Shown here: piece after piece, positions 14,825-27,189 of the stretch | How positions within the stretch are numbered: position 1 is the first letter of the stretch | Layout: every line of letters starts with the position of its first letter | Origin: Octopus vulgaris | Lineage: Eukaryota | Direction of reading: 5' to 3' | DNA length: 64,000 nt | Assembly: GCA_951406725.2 (NCBI GenBank) | Contig: OX597815.1 | Span: 211,172,001 to 211,236,000, forward strand | Position numbers and translations under genes: made by a program | Notes under the pieces: generated by a model | Seen by the model: the letters and a program-made list of their open reading frames with translations, nothing else | Told to the model about the DNA's origin: nothing | The model's database searches: none

Positions 14825-15320
14825 CAATTCATGTCATCAAAGTGACACTGGGGTACAAATATACAAAGCCCAAAATACCCATCATGGCTACCCTTCTGAT
14901 AAGGGTACACCAGGTGATCTCATATCAAGGTAAACAGCACATTGCCTTGCAGGTAGGATCCTACTGGAATTTTCTTCAGGTCGAGATGCCCATCCCAATC
15001 AAAAGGTTTCTGAATAAGGTTTGTTTAAGGGTGATGAATAAAACAACCATGTTTCCAGGAGTGAATTATTCAAACCACAAAGAATTCTTCTCAACATGGC
15101 TATGATACTCCTCCCACTACTCCTGCTCATGATCACAGATGCACATATCATCAGCAACTAATGCACATGCTCAACTAGTTATGGTCAAGCAAGTGACAAG
15201 CAAATCTGTGGTACTGCACAGAATATTTGCTGTAGCCCATCTTTTATACTGAGGCAAATCATGTACTTGATAACACTTCCAATTAGTTGAGATCAGGAGC
15301 CATGAGAGTCACTGCCTGGT
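14825..15320 (-). mobile_element. Degenerate LINE-derived repeat
   Basis: Minus strand reads ...gatgggctacagcaa (DGLQQ) ... gctgatgatatgtgcatc (ADDMCI), resembling RT GxxQG and ADD motifs. No intact frame. Confidence 0.45.
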
Positions 15321-15696
15321 ATCAACATTTTACTTGGGACATTTGAAAGGTAAAGTTTCTAAACTAGATAAGGAAATACAAAAATATGTAAGGTATGCAG
15401 ATATTCATTTGATTGTTTTGTTTTTTTTTAAAAAAAAGGGTAAGAGCATATTACATAGTCTATCTCACATTTCACTTTGTCTGAAAATATGGAATGGTCA
15501 TAGCTGAAATGTCTTTGATCATAGAAATTCAAAATGAAGAGAAATCTTAAGCTAAACAACAGCAACAACAACAAATTTAATATCTTCCAGATGTTGAATA
15601 AATTCAGGCAAAAAGGTATTAGTTTCTCACGAGGCACAAAGTAAAGAAATGAGAAGCATAATACCTATTAGCTTTATCAGCATACATTGATGTACA

Positions 15697-15860
15697 GGTG
15701 TAGCTTACAAAGTTAGCTTTGAAAATGCATGGTTCCAGATTCGATCTCACTGCAAGACACCTTAAGCAAGTGTGTTCTAATATAGCACTGGATCAGCCAA
15801 AATTTTCTAAGTGGAACCCATAGGTAGAAACTGAAAAGTAGCTTGCATGCATGCATACAT
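15697..15860 (+). mobile_element. SINE family A head fragment
   Basis: caccttaagcaagtgtgttc...gtagaaactgaaaag. Confidence 0.6.
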
Positions 15861-15869
15861 ACATACTGA

Positions 15870-16205
15870 GCTGAGATCCCCTTCGGTCATGACTGACCGT
15901 GGGATTACACCTAGAAAGTTACCCTCCCAGGCATAAGTCCGGGCAATGTTGTTTATGGAAGACCAGCAGTTTCCCATACATACTGCCCACCCCCTCTCCA
16001 CGCCACCAGTGTTATCCAAGGGAAAGGTAACAGCTGATACAGCTTGGCACCCGTGACATCGCAACTCATTTCTACAGCTGAGTGAACTGGAGCAACGTGA
16101 AATAAAGTGTCTTGCTCAAGAACACAACACAGCCCGGTCCAAGATTCAACCTCACAACCTCACGATCGTATGCTCGATGCTCTAACTACTGAGCCATGCA
16201 CCTTC
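15870..16205 (-). mobile_element. tRNA-derived SINE family D
   Basis: Minus strand begins ggtgcatggctcagtagttagagc (A-box), then gtgttcttgagcaagacactttatttcac. Homologous to the 29815 and 41990 copies. Confidence 0.85.
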
Positions 16206-16884
16206 ACACATACATGCATACACACATACATACATGTGTGGTTGGGGTACATGAAAATTATCCCGGAAGTTCTCATTCACATCTCCTGATCAAAGGAGGT
16301 TTCTTTGTTTACAATTACCACCAAGTAAAGACACTTGTAGTTTCAGCTTTCAGTGTGCAAAGAGCAGTAGAATAAAAAAAAAAATACCTTGAAAAACAGG
16401 TATGAATTGGCAAAAGGAAGACTAACCAGCCATAGAAAATCTGCCTCAGCAAATTTCATCTGACAGCTGGTAGCATGAAAAAAATGGACACAAAACCACA
16501 AAAAGAAATAAAATGGCTTCAAGTGCATGCAGACTGAAGTTACTTCACAATCTTGGTTTTGCAGAATCACAGCTCTTACTCTGCTCACATATGCTTCCTT
16601 CCTCAAGAAATATTGATTTCTAATACTGACACACAAATCTAAAAAGAAATACTTCTAGTGAAAATATATAATCAATTGAATCTGAAACAAACTCAGTACA
16701 TGCCTGATATATTTTGCTTGCTTTTGAGGCATAATATCTGAAGTCAATCACAATGGGGGCTTGAAACTTTGAACACAGAAAGTGGAGAGATGAAACTGAA
16801 TACAATAGAACGTTAATTTAGCATTCTCTCTTTCATTTCCTTTTCTACCACTCTCCTGTAATGATATATAGGGTGGTAGGCAAG

Positions 16885-17042
16885 ACAGGTGCAGATATAA
16901 CTGTCTGCTTAAGAAACCTGCCTTGAAGTCACGTTGTTCCAGGTTCAATTCCTCAGTGTGACACCTTGGGAAAGTGTCTTCTACTATATTCTCTAGCAAA
17001 GCAATGGCTTGTGAGTGAACCTGGTAGAGAGAAACTATGAGA
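16885..17042 (+). mobile_element. SINE family A head fragment
   Basis: ggttcaattcc...caccttgggaaagtgtcttctactata. Confidence 0.6.
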
Positions 17043-17051
17043 ATACTTTAT

Positions 17052-17105
<54 letters not shown>

Positions 17106-17137
17106 TCATCATCTATATAGATCATCAAATATATATA

Positions 17138-18022
17138 TATATTTTATTTAGAGATAGTAGTCCCCTTCATCCCACCATATAAAAAATTTTTTAATTTAAT
17201 TTAATACTTACTACTCATTTCTCAGCTATACATGTTTCTTGGGGTTCTTTTACGGTTCCTTAATCACGCAGTGTTTTACAGGAACCTTTCCTAAAATGTA
17301 ACCCCAATCATCAAGCCTCTAAATAACTTTATCATAGTTCGATACCAAATACTAGTTGTTCGCTGAACCTTGCAACGTCAAGCCAAAATTAATACATAGT
17401 AGGACAATGGTAGTCAACGGTAGCTTGTACATATTTTTTACATTTCTTTTACGTTACCCTTAAGTTAGTTTTACTTCGTAAATTTTTAATTTTTATCATT
17501 CGTATCATTTGTAAATTTTCTTTTCGCATTTTGTCATTCGTACTATAGTTTTTATTCGAGAATATTTATTTGTCATTCCTTTCATTTTTATTCGAATATA
17601 TTTACTTGTCATTGCTTTCATTAGTATATCATCACAAGTATATATTTCATTTTTATCCCTAGATATTATTAATTTTATATGAATGTTTACAGACATAAGT
17701 TACGTGAGAATTTAGTTTTTGTAAATTTTTATTTTTATTTTTATTTATTTTTATTTGAATTAAATCATGGCTTGCACAGTAAGGTCTGGTGAACCTATTT
17801 ACTCATACACATACTTATATGTTAAAATTAAAATATAGTATTTGGTATCGAACTATGATAAAGTTATTTAGAGGCCTGATGATTGGAGTTACATTCTAAG
17901 AAAGGTTCCTGTAAAACACTGCATGATTAAGGAACCGTAAAAGAACCTAAAGAAATACGTATAGCTGAGAAATGAGTAGTAAGTATTAAATTAAAATTCT
18001 TTTATCTCTAAATAAAAAATAT
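17138..18022. mobile_element. Penelope-like inverted-repeat element with a hammerhead-like core in each arm
   Basis: Arms ~17196-17354 and ~17836-17995 are reverse complements. The right arm contains ggc-CTGATGA-stemII-GAAA-tacgta-TA-gct. Confidence 0.7.
17873..17966 (+). ncRNA. Candidate minimal type I hammerhead ribozyme (long branched stem II)
   Basis: CTGATGA at 17876-17882, GAAA at 17952-17955, palindrome ATACGTAT, stem I ggc/gct. In the inverted copy (17224-17317) stem II is a perfect ttggggtt/aaccccaa. Confidence 0.6.
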
Positions 18023-18087
18023 ATATTTCCTCATTGAAAATAATTTGAACCCCTGTGATGCCAGAATTTTTATTCCCTAATAAATAA

Positions 18088-18131
<44 letters not shown>

Positions 18132-18317
18132 ACAAACTTCAGAAAAGGTAAAACCTGTATAGATATTTTCGTTCAGTGTTATGACAGTTTCATAAAACAT
18201 TGAAGGAGGTATCTGTATTTATAGAGGTACTTATACAAGTTAAATATTTATATAGATTTTTCCTTTCCTGAAGTGTGTATACATTTTCTGTTTTTTGTGC
18301 ATACTCTGCATATATTT

Positions 18318-18590
18318 ATTCTACAGAAAATAAAGGAATTCTTGAATGCAGGATGGCTGTGAAAATCAAGCAAATACCCTTTAGAAGATGGTAAAAAATT
18401 GGCCAGCAAGCATCTACAGAGAAGTGAACTCAATACCTTGTAAACAAGTTTCAGAAGTGGTGAGTGAATTGATATTCTATACAAAATAAAGGAATTCTTG
18501 AACACAGGATGGCTGTGAAGACAGCTGAGAAAATCAGGTAAATACCTTTAAAAAGATGGAAGAAAGTGGCCATCAGGCCTCTACAGAGAG
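18318..18590 (+). repeat. Diverged ~110 bp direct repeat pair (18318-18422, 18476-18590)
   Basis: aaataaaggaattcttgaa...caggatggctgtgaa...ctacagaga occurs twice. Confidence 0.75.
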
Positions 18591-18612
18591 AATATAAATA
18601 TGTGTGTGTGTA

Positions 18613-18660
<48 letters not shown>

Positions 18661-18663
<3 letters not shown>

Positions 18664-20177
18664 CCAGAACCACACTAATAGCTTAGGAGTGAAATTTAAG
18701 ATTTCTTGGTTTTCTGTGAATTGATTTTGATAAAACTTTTCCCAGCTGGTTTGCCACACTATGGCAACACCATCGTTATGTTTCCATTATTCTGTGTAAT
18801 GTCTTCTCTTTTTTGTTTCAGATTCTTCAGGTTTTGGTTGAACCATGCTAATAGCTTTTGAATGGAAATAGCCTATCTAGACATTATATTTCAGAAAATG
18901 AAGGGTAATGATACAGATTAAGCATACACTGAGTATATATTTAACAGAAAACTATAATAATATTCTAACATTTATTGACGTAATGTATTATCTAGCCACA
19001 TGAGCACCAAGGGAAAATGATCTGATTATGAGACCTCCGAGACTGTGACAGCTAGGGGTTTAAGGAATATTGGCCGTGAGTTACAAGGGAAACCTGGACA
19101 AACAAGCAAAGACATTTTCACCATCTCTGGAATTTCTCATGTTTTGAAAACCACAAGAAATTGCATCCTCGAGACCATGGCTTCTGTGCAAAAACAGCCT
19201 CCTCACAGGAGTTTGAGGGTTCAATGGCCCCAAAAGTACATGACATTAGACTTGAGTTGTGTTCTGTTCACCAACCAAACCAGAGCAAACCTTGACGAAC
19301 CTGACAGTTTGGCAAAAGGTTGAGACTATTTTGGGGATGAGCATCACCAATATTTATGACATCAACAACAGTGTAGAGGAGTCGTCATGTTGTGGGCTGG
19401 TATCATTGGGGACAGACTTGTTGGCCCAGTCAGGGTACCTGAAGAGGTTAAAGTGACCGCAGCTGCCTTCTGCAATCTCCTGAAGGAGGTCTTGGATCCC
19501 TGACTTGATGACATACAGCTGTCACTTCTAAAGAATCTCATATTCGTGTACAACAACGCTCCCTCCCACTCTGCCAGGACCATCCAAACATTCCTAGAGT
19601 CTAATGGCATACAAGGTCAAAGGTTAATGATGTGGCCACTAGCATCTCCAGATCTCAACCCTGTCAAAAATCTTTGGTCCATCATTAAAGTAGATGTTTA
19701 TGCCAATGGATGCCAATCCATATCAAAAGATATCTTATGGATGACCATCAAAAACTGTTGCAGAAGCAGTCCTGCCTGCTCCTATAAAGAAATTGACAGA
19801 TTCCATGAGTAACAGGGTTTTTGAAGTTATCCCTCAAAATGGCACTCATGTACCTAAATAATACATTACATCAATAAATGTTATAATATTATTACGGTTT
19901 TCTGTTAAATATGTACTCAATGCATGCTTAATATCTATCATTACACTTCAATTTCTGAAAAAAAATGTCTAGATGGACAATTTTCATTCAAAAGCGTGGT
20001 TCCCCCAAAACCTGAAGAATCTGAAATAAAAAGGAGAGGATGTTACACAGAATAATGAAAACATAACAATGGTGTTGTCATAGTGTGCAGACCAGCTGGG
20101 GGAAATTTTACCAAAATCAATTCACAGAAAATCAAGAAATCCTAAATTTCACTCCAAAGCTATTATGGTTCTGGGTA
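18661..20177 (+). mobile_element. Decayed Tc1-like DNA transposon, DD37E (TRT-like), ~320-330 bp TIRs
   Basis: TIRs ~18661-18992 and ~19857-20177 are reverse complements. Transposase relics VLFTNQTRANLDEPD, VMLWAGIIG and YNNAPSH...WPLASPDLNPVKNLWS are present, with stops and frameshifts. Confidence 0.9.
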
Positions 20178-20292
20178 TGTGTGTGTGTGTGTATAAAAAT
20201 TAGGATAAGATCATTAATTTAAATTAACGATCTTATCAAGTGGCCAGCATGGAAATAAAATCCTTCAAAGGTAATAATTATTATTAAAATTA

Positions 20293-20522
20293 TAACTTAG
20301 AGTATCTATGAGATACTGCCATGCTGAAAATAACAGCCAAGATCTGACTCTTAAACCACCTTAAGTGTTCATATAGCACAAGGAGAGAAGACATATCCAG
20401 TAATGTTTTACTAGTTTTATTTTGTCTTCTCTCCTTGTGCTATAGGAACACTTAAGGTGGTTTTAGAGTCAGATCCTGGTTGCTATTTTCAGCATGGCAG
20501 TATCTCGTAGATACACTAAGTT

Positions 20523-20523
<1 letters not shown>
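20293..20523. repeat. Near-perfect fold-back hairpin (~100 bp arms, ~30 nt loop)
   Basis: taacttagagtatctatgagatactgccatgctgaaaa...ggagagaagaca versus tgtcttctctcc...ttttcagcatggcagtatctcgtagatacactaagtta. Confidence 0.9.
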
Positions 20524-20569
<46 letters not shown>

Positions 20570-21622
20570 GTGTTGTGTTTGTCCCCCAGCACCAATTCAC
20601 AACCAGTGTTAGTTTGTTTATATCTCCATATATAAGTCCTTCAGCTACTAGGGTAAGTACCAGACTTAATTTTAATTACTCGAACCAGTTTGTTCAACTA
20701 ATTTCTTTCAAAGCTGATACAGCTGTGCCCCAGTATGGCCACAGTCTAATAACTGAAAAAAGTAAAAGACAGAACATACATATATACAGTATATATATAT
20801 ATATTCTATAGGAACTAGAAACTGCACAGATTGGTGCATGGTATGTGTGGGTGTGGATGTGAGTATGCATGAGTCTACAGAGATTGCCATTCAAAGCTAT
20901 ACATTCAGTAACAACAGCAACAACAATACTAAGAACAAAAGAACTACTAATTATAAATAAAGACATATGCAAGCCCCATGCAGCTTAATTACCAAGCAGA
21001 AGAGTTGACAGTTTCTGGTTACTAATCAGAAAGATCATTTAACAAAGCAATAGCAAAGACCTTGGGAGAAAATTTACTAGTTTAATTTGTCTCATTCCTA
21101 TTAATTAACTTGTTCATATTTCTGTTCTCTCAGACCACCTTATCACTCACTTTCCCTCTCTATCTTTGTGTGTGCATATATACGTCCATATATATATATA
21201 TATGTGTGTGTATACACATATATGTTTTATATATATCTCTCTCTTTCCTAAACATATCATCCACACTTCCTTCTTGCTATTTTCCTCTTCCATCTTTACT
21301 GTTCATTATTGTAGAAAATACAAATAATGAACTGTGAGAACATAGCTTAACTACATCTTTTTTTCTCAATTACAACTGTATCGTAAGAAACTGCTAATAA
21401 ACGTCATCACCATCATCCTCACAACCATTACCATCCTCAATAACTACCACCACCACCACCACCACCACTTTCTTCACCATTATTATTACTTTTAAACACA
21501 CATGTAAAATGTATACAACTAGCTTGCTTCAGTTTTGTTTTTTGTTTAGGTCTCATTCATTTGCTTTGGAGAAAGAAAAAACTGTGCGAATGTATCTGTC
21601 TTTCTATCTATACACACACATA

Positions 21623-22043
21623 TTACTCTTTTACTCTTTTACTTGTTTCAGTCATTTGACTGCGGCCATGCTGGAGCACCACCTTTAGTCGAGCAAATCG
21701 ACCCCGGGACTTATTCTTTCTAAACCCAGTACTTATTCTATCGGTCACTTTTTGCCGAAATGCTAAGTGACGGGGACGTAAACACACCAGTATCGGTTGT
21801 CAAGCAATGCTAGGGGGACAAACACAGACACACAAACATATACACACACGCTCATATATATATATATATATACATATATACGACAGGCTTCTTTCAGTTT
21901 CCGTCTACCAAATCCACTCACAAGGCATTGGTCGGCCCGGGGCTATAGCAGAAGATACTTGCTAAAGATGCCACACAGTGGGACTGAACCTGGAACCATG
22001 TGGTTGGTTAGCAAGCTACTTACCACACAGCCACTCCTGCGCC
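21623..22043 (-). mobile_element. tRNA-derived CORE-like SINE family A, full length
   Basis: Minus strand: ggcgcaggagtggctgtgtggtaag head, ggttcagtccc B-box, internal (TA)/(TG) tract, (agtaaaag)n tail. Confidence 0.9.
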
Positions 22044-22069
22044 ATACATATATGTATGTATGTAATATA

Positions 22070-22300
22070 TACTCTTTTATTTGTTTCGATCATTTGACTG
22101 TGGCCATGCTGGAGCACCACCTTTACTCGAAGAAATCGATCCCAGGGTTTATTCTTTGTAAGCTTAGCACTTATTTTATCAGTCTCTTTTGCCAAACTGT
22201 TAAGTTATGGGGATGTAAACACACCAGCATCGGTTATCAAGCAATGTTGGGAGACTGACACAGACACACAAACATACACACACACACACATATATATATA
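22070..22300 (-). mobile_element. SINE family A, 3' half
   Basis: catttgactgtggccatgctggagcaccacc...acacagacacac. Confidence 0.8.
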
Positions 22301-22305
22301 TATTT

Positions 22306-22995
22306 CATCATCATCATCATCGTTTAACGTCCGTTCTCCATGCTAGCATGGGTTGGACGATTCAACTGCGGTCTGGGAAGCCAGAAGGCTGCACCAGGCC
22401 CAGTCTGATCTGGCAGTGTTTCTACAGCTGGATGCCCTTCCTAATGCCAACCACTCCGTGAGTGTAGTGGGTGCTTTTTACGTGCCACCGGCACAGGGGC
22501 CAGATGAGGCTGGCAAACGGCCACAATCGGATGGTGCTTTTTACGTGCCACCAGCACAGGGACCGGATGAGGCTGGCAAATGGCCACGATCGGATGGTGC
22601 TTTTTACGTGCCACCAGCACAGGGGCCGGACGAGGCTGGCAAACGGCCACAATCGGATGGTACTTTTTACGTGCCCCCGGCACAGGGGCCGGATGAGGCT
22701 GGCAAACGGCCACGATCGGATGGTGCTTTTTACGTGCCACCAGCACAGGGGCCGGATGAGGCTGGCAAATGGCCACGATCGGATGATGCTTTTTACGTGC
22801 CACCAGCACAGGGGCCGGATGAGGCTGGCAAATGGCCACGATCGGATGGTGCTTTTTACGTGCCACCGGCACAGGGGCCGGACGAGGCTGGCAAACGGCC
22901 ACAATCGGATGGTGCTTTTTACGTGCCACCGGCACAGGGGCCGGACGAGGCTGGCAAACGGCCACAATCGGATGGTACTTTTTACGTGCCACCCT
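22306..22995 (-). mobile_element. Family C retroposon containing 8 tandem 63-bp modules
   Basis: (GAT)n tail plus the unit ggtgctttttacgtgccacc(a/g)gcacaggggccggatgaggctggcaaacggccacgatcggat repeated from ~22470 to 22990. Confidence 0.9.
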
Positions 22996-23261
22996 CAGCC
23001 ACCTGCACATTAATTCTGCCGGCAGGCTGTTCCATTGACTGGATTTACAGGAACCATCTTAATGCTTCCAATTTCAGTGACAGTACTTCTGTTTCACCAA
23101 TGTTACTTTCAAAAGTATATCGACCAACAGTGTAAGAAAATTCATTACATCCTAAGTAGGATGATGAGGTGGGGAATGCCTTAACAAATTCAGATTTGCC
23201 CTTATCCATGATTTTCTATTTCATAATCCTTGATATTAAAGTCTTGCTAACAATTTATCTA

Positions 23262-23671
23262 TTGCTCTTTTACTCTTTTACTTGTTTCAATCAATTGACT
23301 GCGGCCATGCTGGAGCACCGCCTTTAGTTGAGTAAATCGACCCCAGGACTTATTCTTTGTAAGCCTAGTACTTATTCTATCGGTCTCTTTTGCTGAACCG
23401 CTCAGTTACGGGGATGTAAACACACCACCATTGGTTGTCAAACGATGGTGGTGGTGGTGGGGGGGAATCCTAGATGCACAAACATATACACACATACATA
23501 CATATATACGACGGGCTTCTTTCAGTTTCCATCTACCAAATCCACTCACAAGGCTTTGGTCAGCCCAAGGCTGTAGTAGAAGACACTTGCCCAAGGTGCC
23601 ACACAGTGGGAATGAACCTGGAACCATGTGGTTAGTAAGCAAGCTACTTACCACACAGCCACTCCTGCGCC
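23262..23671 (-). mobile_element. SINE family A, full length
   Basis: Same consensus as the 21623 copy, ending ccactcctgcgcc. Confidence 0.9.
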
Positions 23672-23727
23672 TATTATTCAAACTTTCAAACTAATAAAGA
23701 ATGACATACAAATATGTGTGTTGATAG

Positions 23728-23785
<58 letters not shown>

Positions 23786-24112
23786 AGCAGCAGTGGAGTG
23801 GTTATGATAATTATGGAAAATGAAAACAATGATGACGATAGCGGTGGGGGTTGGGTTGGGTTGGGTGGTGGTGGTGGTGATGTGATGATGTTTGTGGCGA
23901 GGATGATAATGACAATGATGTTAGTGATGGTGGTGGAGGTCATAATGTTGGTAGCGATAATGGCAACAGTGGTTGTAGTAGTGGTGGTGCTAATGATGAT
24001 GATGATGATGATGATATAGTGGTGCTGCTAATATTGACAACAACAACAATGATGATAATAGTGATAGTGATGAGGAGGATGATGATGATGATGATGACAA
24101 TGGTGATGATGA
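23728..24112. repeat. (GAT)n/(GGT)n microsatellite region
   Basis: Perfect (gat)n at ~23728-23783 followed by degenerate triplets. Confidence 0.85.
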
Positions 24113-24660
24113 CACATTGTCACTACAACTATTAAGACTGTGACATAAAACACTGCCAATATAAATAGCTCTGATACTCTTACCTCTGACCTATCATAGC
24201 AGAGACATTACCTTTAATACTAACCAAACCTAGCTCAGAACTAAATAGTATTAAACTGGGTTTGTTTGATTTAATATATTTTTTACTTATGGTTCATTTT
24301 TTTTCCTTTCTTTTCCAGGCCTTTTTTTAAATTCAGGTCCATAAAGACTAAATGGATTTAACTAATCTATACATAGAAGAATAAAAATGAAACATTTCCC
24401 TGAGATTAGTGTTGTTAGAATTTTATTTGAATTGCTCCAGATTAGTAAACAGATTGGTAATCATATGCAGTATAACAATTCCAGAAACTTGTAATTCTAA
24501 AGTATTACAAAAGAAAATATTTAGTAAGGTGATTTGGTTGTGCAGCAAAAAAAAATAATAATAACAAGGGAACAAAAAGTATAAAAGGGTAGATAGAATC
24601 ACCATTCTTTGAGTAAAAAAAGCAACAACAGTAAAACATGGATTAAAAGTCAGCCATATA

Positions 24661-24852
24661 TTACCATTATAAAGCTTTAAGATTTTAAATTGCCATAAGT
24701 TATCAGCATAAAGCCTTAGGATTTTAAATAGATATTAGTTACCATTATAAAGCTTTAGGATTTTAAATAGATATTAGTTACCATTATAAAGCTTTAGGAT
24801 ATTAAATTGCCATAAGTCATCATTATAAAGCTTTAGGATATTAATTTGCCAT
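24661..24852. repeat. ~39 bp minisatellite (ttaccattataaagctttaggattttaaat...)
   Basis: About 5 tandem units. Confidence 0.8.
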
Positions 24853-26475
24853 TTCTCTGTAGAATACCAAGAAATTCAGTTGGTTATTTCAAAGCCTTAC
24901 TACTCACAGCTTATTGTGCACCATTATTGTTTACTACACAGGCCTAAAACCACCATCTTGTTCTACCTCTACAAATGATACTGTTACCATTATCCCTGCC
25001 TTCTTTCATTAACGGCATTAGCTGAGAAATCTTGAAAGGAAATCCAAGATAGGCTGAATAATTTATAGCCTTTGTAATCTGAATTTGAATCTTGCAACAG
25101 CTAAATTAACTTTTCTATTATACAATTAACATCACTATTAATCAAAGATTAGCTATAACAGAAACTATTTACATCATATTATTCATCCCAGGGCAACATT
25201 TCACAAATACCATTTAAAATATTTCTTTTTGGAATTTCTTACTCTTGTATCTGCTATTTTCATCCACCCACAGCTATTTGACAAAGATCTATAAATCTTT
25301 GTCCCTCTTTCCTGCACTTGTATATTACCTCAAATATCAACATTTAGAAAGTGAGCCAACAAGGAAGTCCCTTCATGGTCACTAACCCTGCAAGAAATAG
25401 CAGCCAAATTTCTCTTGAATTACACCTTACTTTCTTAAATAGCAATGTAATTTCTGGTATAACAGATAATACAGCCCTAAATATACCCTCAAAAATATTG
25501 ATGGTTATGGGTGGAGTGCCTTTGATTCTAGGTCTGCTCTATCAGGGATGATTTGGAGCTAAAACATCAACTAATATTAAAATATTAGCATTCCCTAACA
25601 ACAAATGCTTTCCTCTACTAAATGCACTAGTGTCTCATTAATAGCTTTACTGTTTAAATAGCCCAATCACTGCCACCAACAACAACATAGCAACTATAAC
25701 AGTAACAACAACACCAATAACACCATTACCACTACTAATGTGACCAACATCAACACCATCATGCCAGAGATGACCAGATATTCTGCAATTTAATATGAAA
25801 TATTTGATCATTGAAGCAGTCCACATAAATTTAAACAAGTATAAAAAAAAAAAATTATATATATATATACATATATACACATAATATATACACACAGGCA
25901 GGTAGATGAGTTGGTAGATAATTATAGACAGATAGGTAGGCAGATAGCTAGAGATCGATAGACTGATAGGTATGAAGATAATTTGATAGGTAGATAGACA
26001 GGTAGATAATTAGATAGGTAGACAGATAAATAGGTAAGTAGGTAAACAGAGATAATTAGATAAATATACTTCCTTATGCTGATTGAGATATACATAAGAA
26101 TACATTTATGCATATATGCACACACATATATATACTTGTGTGTGTGTGTGTGTGCATGCATTTTCTTTTTATAAATCACGTGTATTTGAAACAGAACCCT
26201 CACTCTTCAGTTGGCCTTTTCCACAAGACCCTCCAGGCCAGATTATAGATGATCCAAAAAGTACACAGAGTTTATTGCCAGATGTTACGCTGATGTTCTT
26301 ACTGTTGAAAATCCAAATGTACCAGCTTCATTGCCACTAGCACCAAATTTCATAACAGCCACCTTAAGAATATGTACAACTACACTTCCCCTGATCTTGT
26401 TGGTATTACTTATCTGCTTCTTAAATACAGCTGCCTATTTCTTCTGTGCCAGCTTTCACTCCTCTTCCAATCCTA

Positions 26476-26696
26476 CCCTTTTGATACCAACCTGGCTGAA
26501 ACCAGCTCTGACTCTGTAATACAAATGTCTTATTTTCATAAGTTTCGAATTAAAATCCTCCACCAAACCTTTGTCACAATTTATGTTCCTAACACTAGCT
26601 GAATGATAACTAAGTTATTTTACTAAATTCTTTGTTATATTTTAAGTAATTGAAAGAAACACAGAGCATCCCAAAATAAATACAGTAACGAAAGGG
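26476..26696 (+). mobile_element. piggyBac-like MITE (CCCTTT...AAAGGG ends)
   Basis: Homologous to 41024-41237; right flank is TTAA. Confidence 0.8.
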
Positions 26697-27189
26697 TTAA
26701 TAATAGTGTTCCCCTGCAAAACTGTTGAAAATTGCCAGTGTTGTTTCCTTGTTCAAAATGGGTTAGAACACATCGTCTGCAAGCAATTGCTCTATTTGTC
26801 TCACTAGTTGTATCACCAAAGTCTTGGAGTCCTATGTTGGAGAGACTCTCTGAAACTTCAGGAACTCTCATTGATTTATTTTAACCCACGTAGTTTGGAG
26901 TAATCCCTAACTGCAGCTGTTGTGGCCAACTCATTTAATTTCTTTTGTGTCACCCTTAATGTGCCTTTACTTTTGATTATAGATACGTAAGTAGGTAAAT
27001 AGAGATAATTAGGTAGATATACTTCCTTATGCTGATTGAGATATACATAAGAATACATTTGATAATTATTGCTACCTTTCTCTTACCTAACTTATTGCTA
27101 CTTTTTGTCCACCCTTTCCCTATGAGTTGTGCACCAATATTATACATAAGGACTGTATATTACAAGTCCTTTATAAGTATTACATTTAT

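Noticed and set aside
21797-22258. Recurrent ORFs such as RLPNPLTRLW...GTEPGTMW
   Set aside because: Antisense translations of SINE family A.
22353-23135. 260-aa repeat protein or CRISPR array
   Set aside because: The 63-bp units are near-identical, with no unique spacers and no cas genes. It lies within a multi-copy eukaryotic retroposon and is open in several frames.
23714-24019. Poly-Asp / poly-Ser ORFs
   Set aside because: (GAT)n microsatellite.
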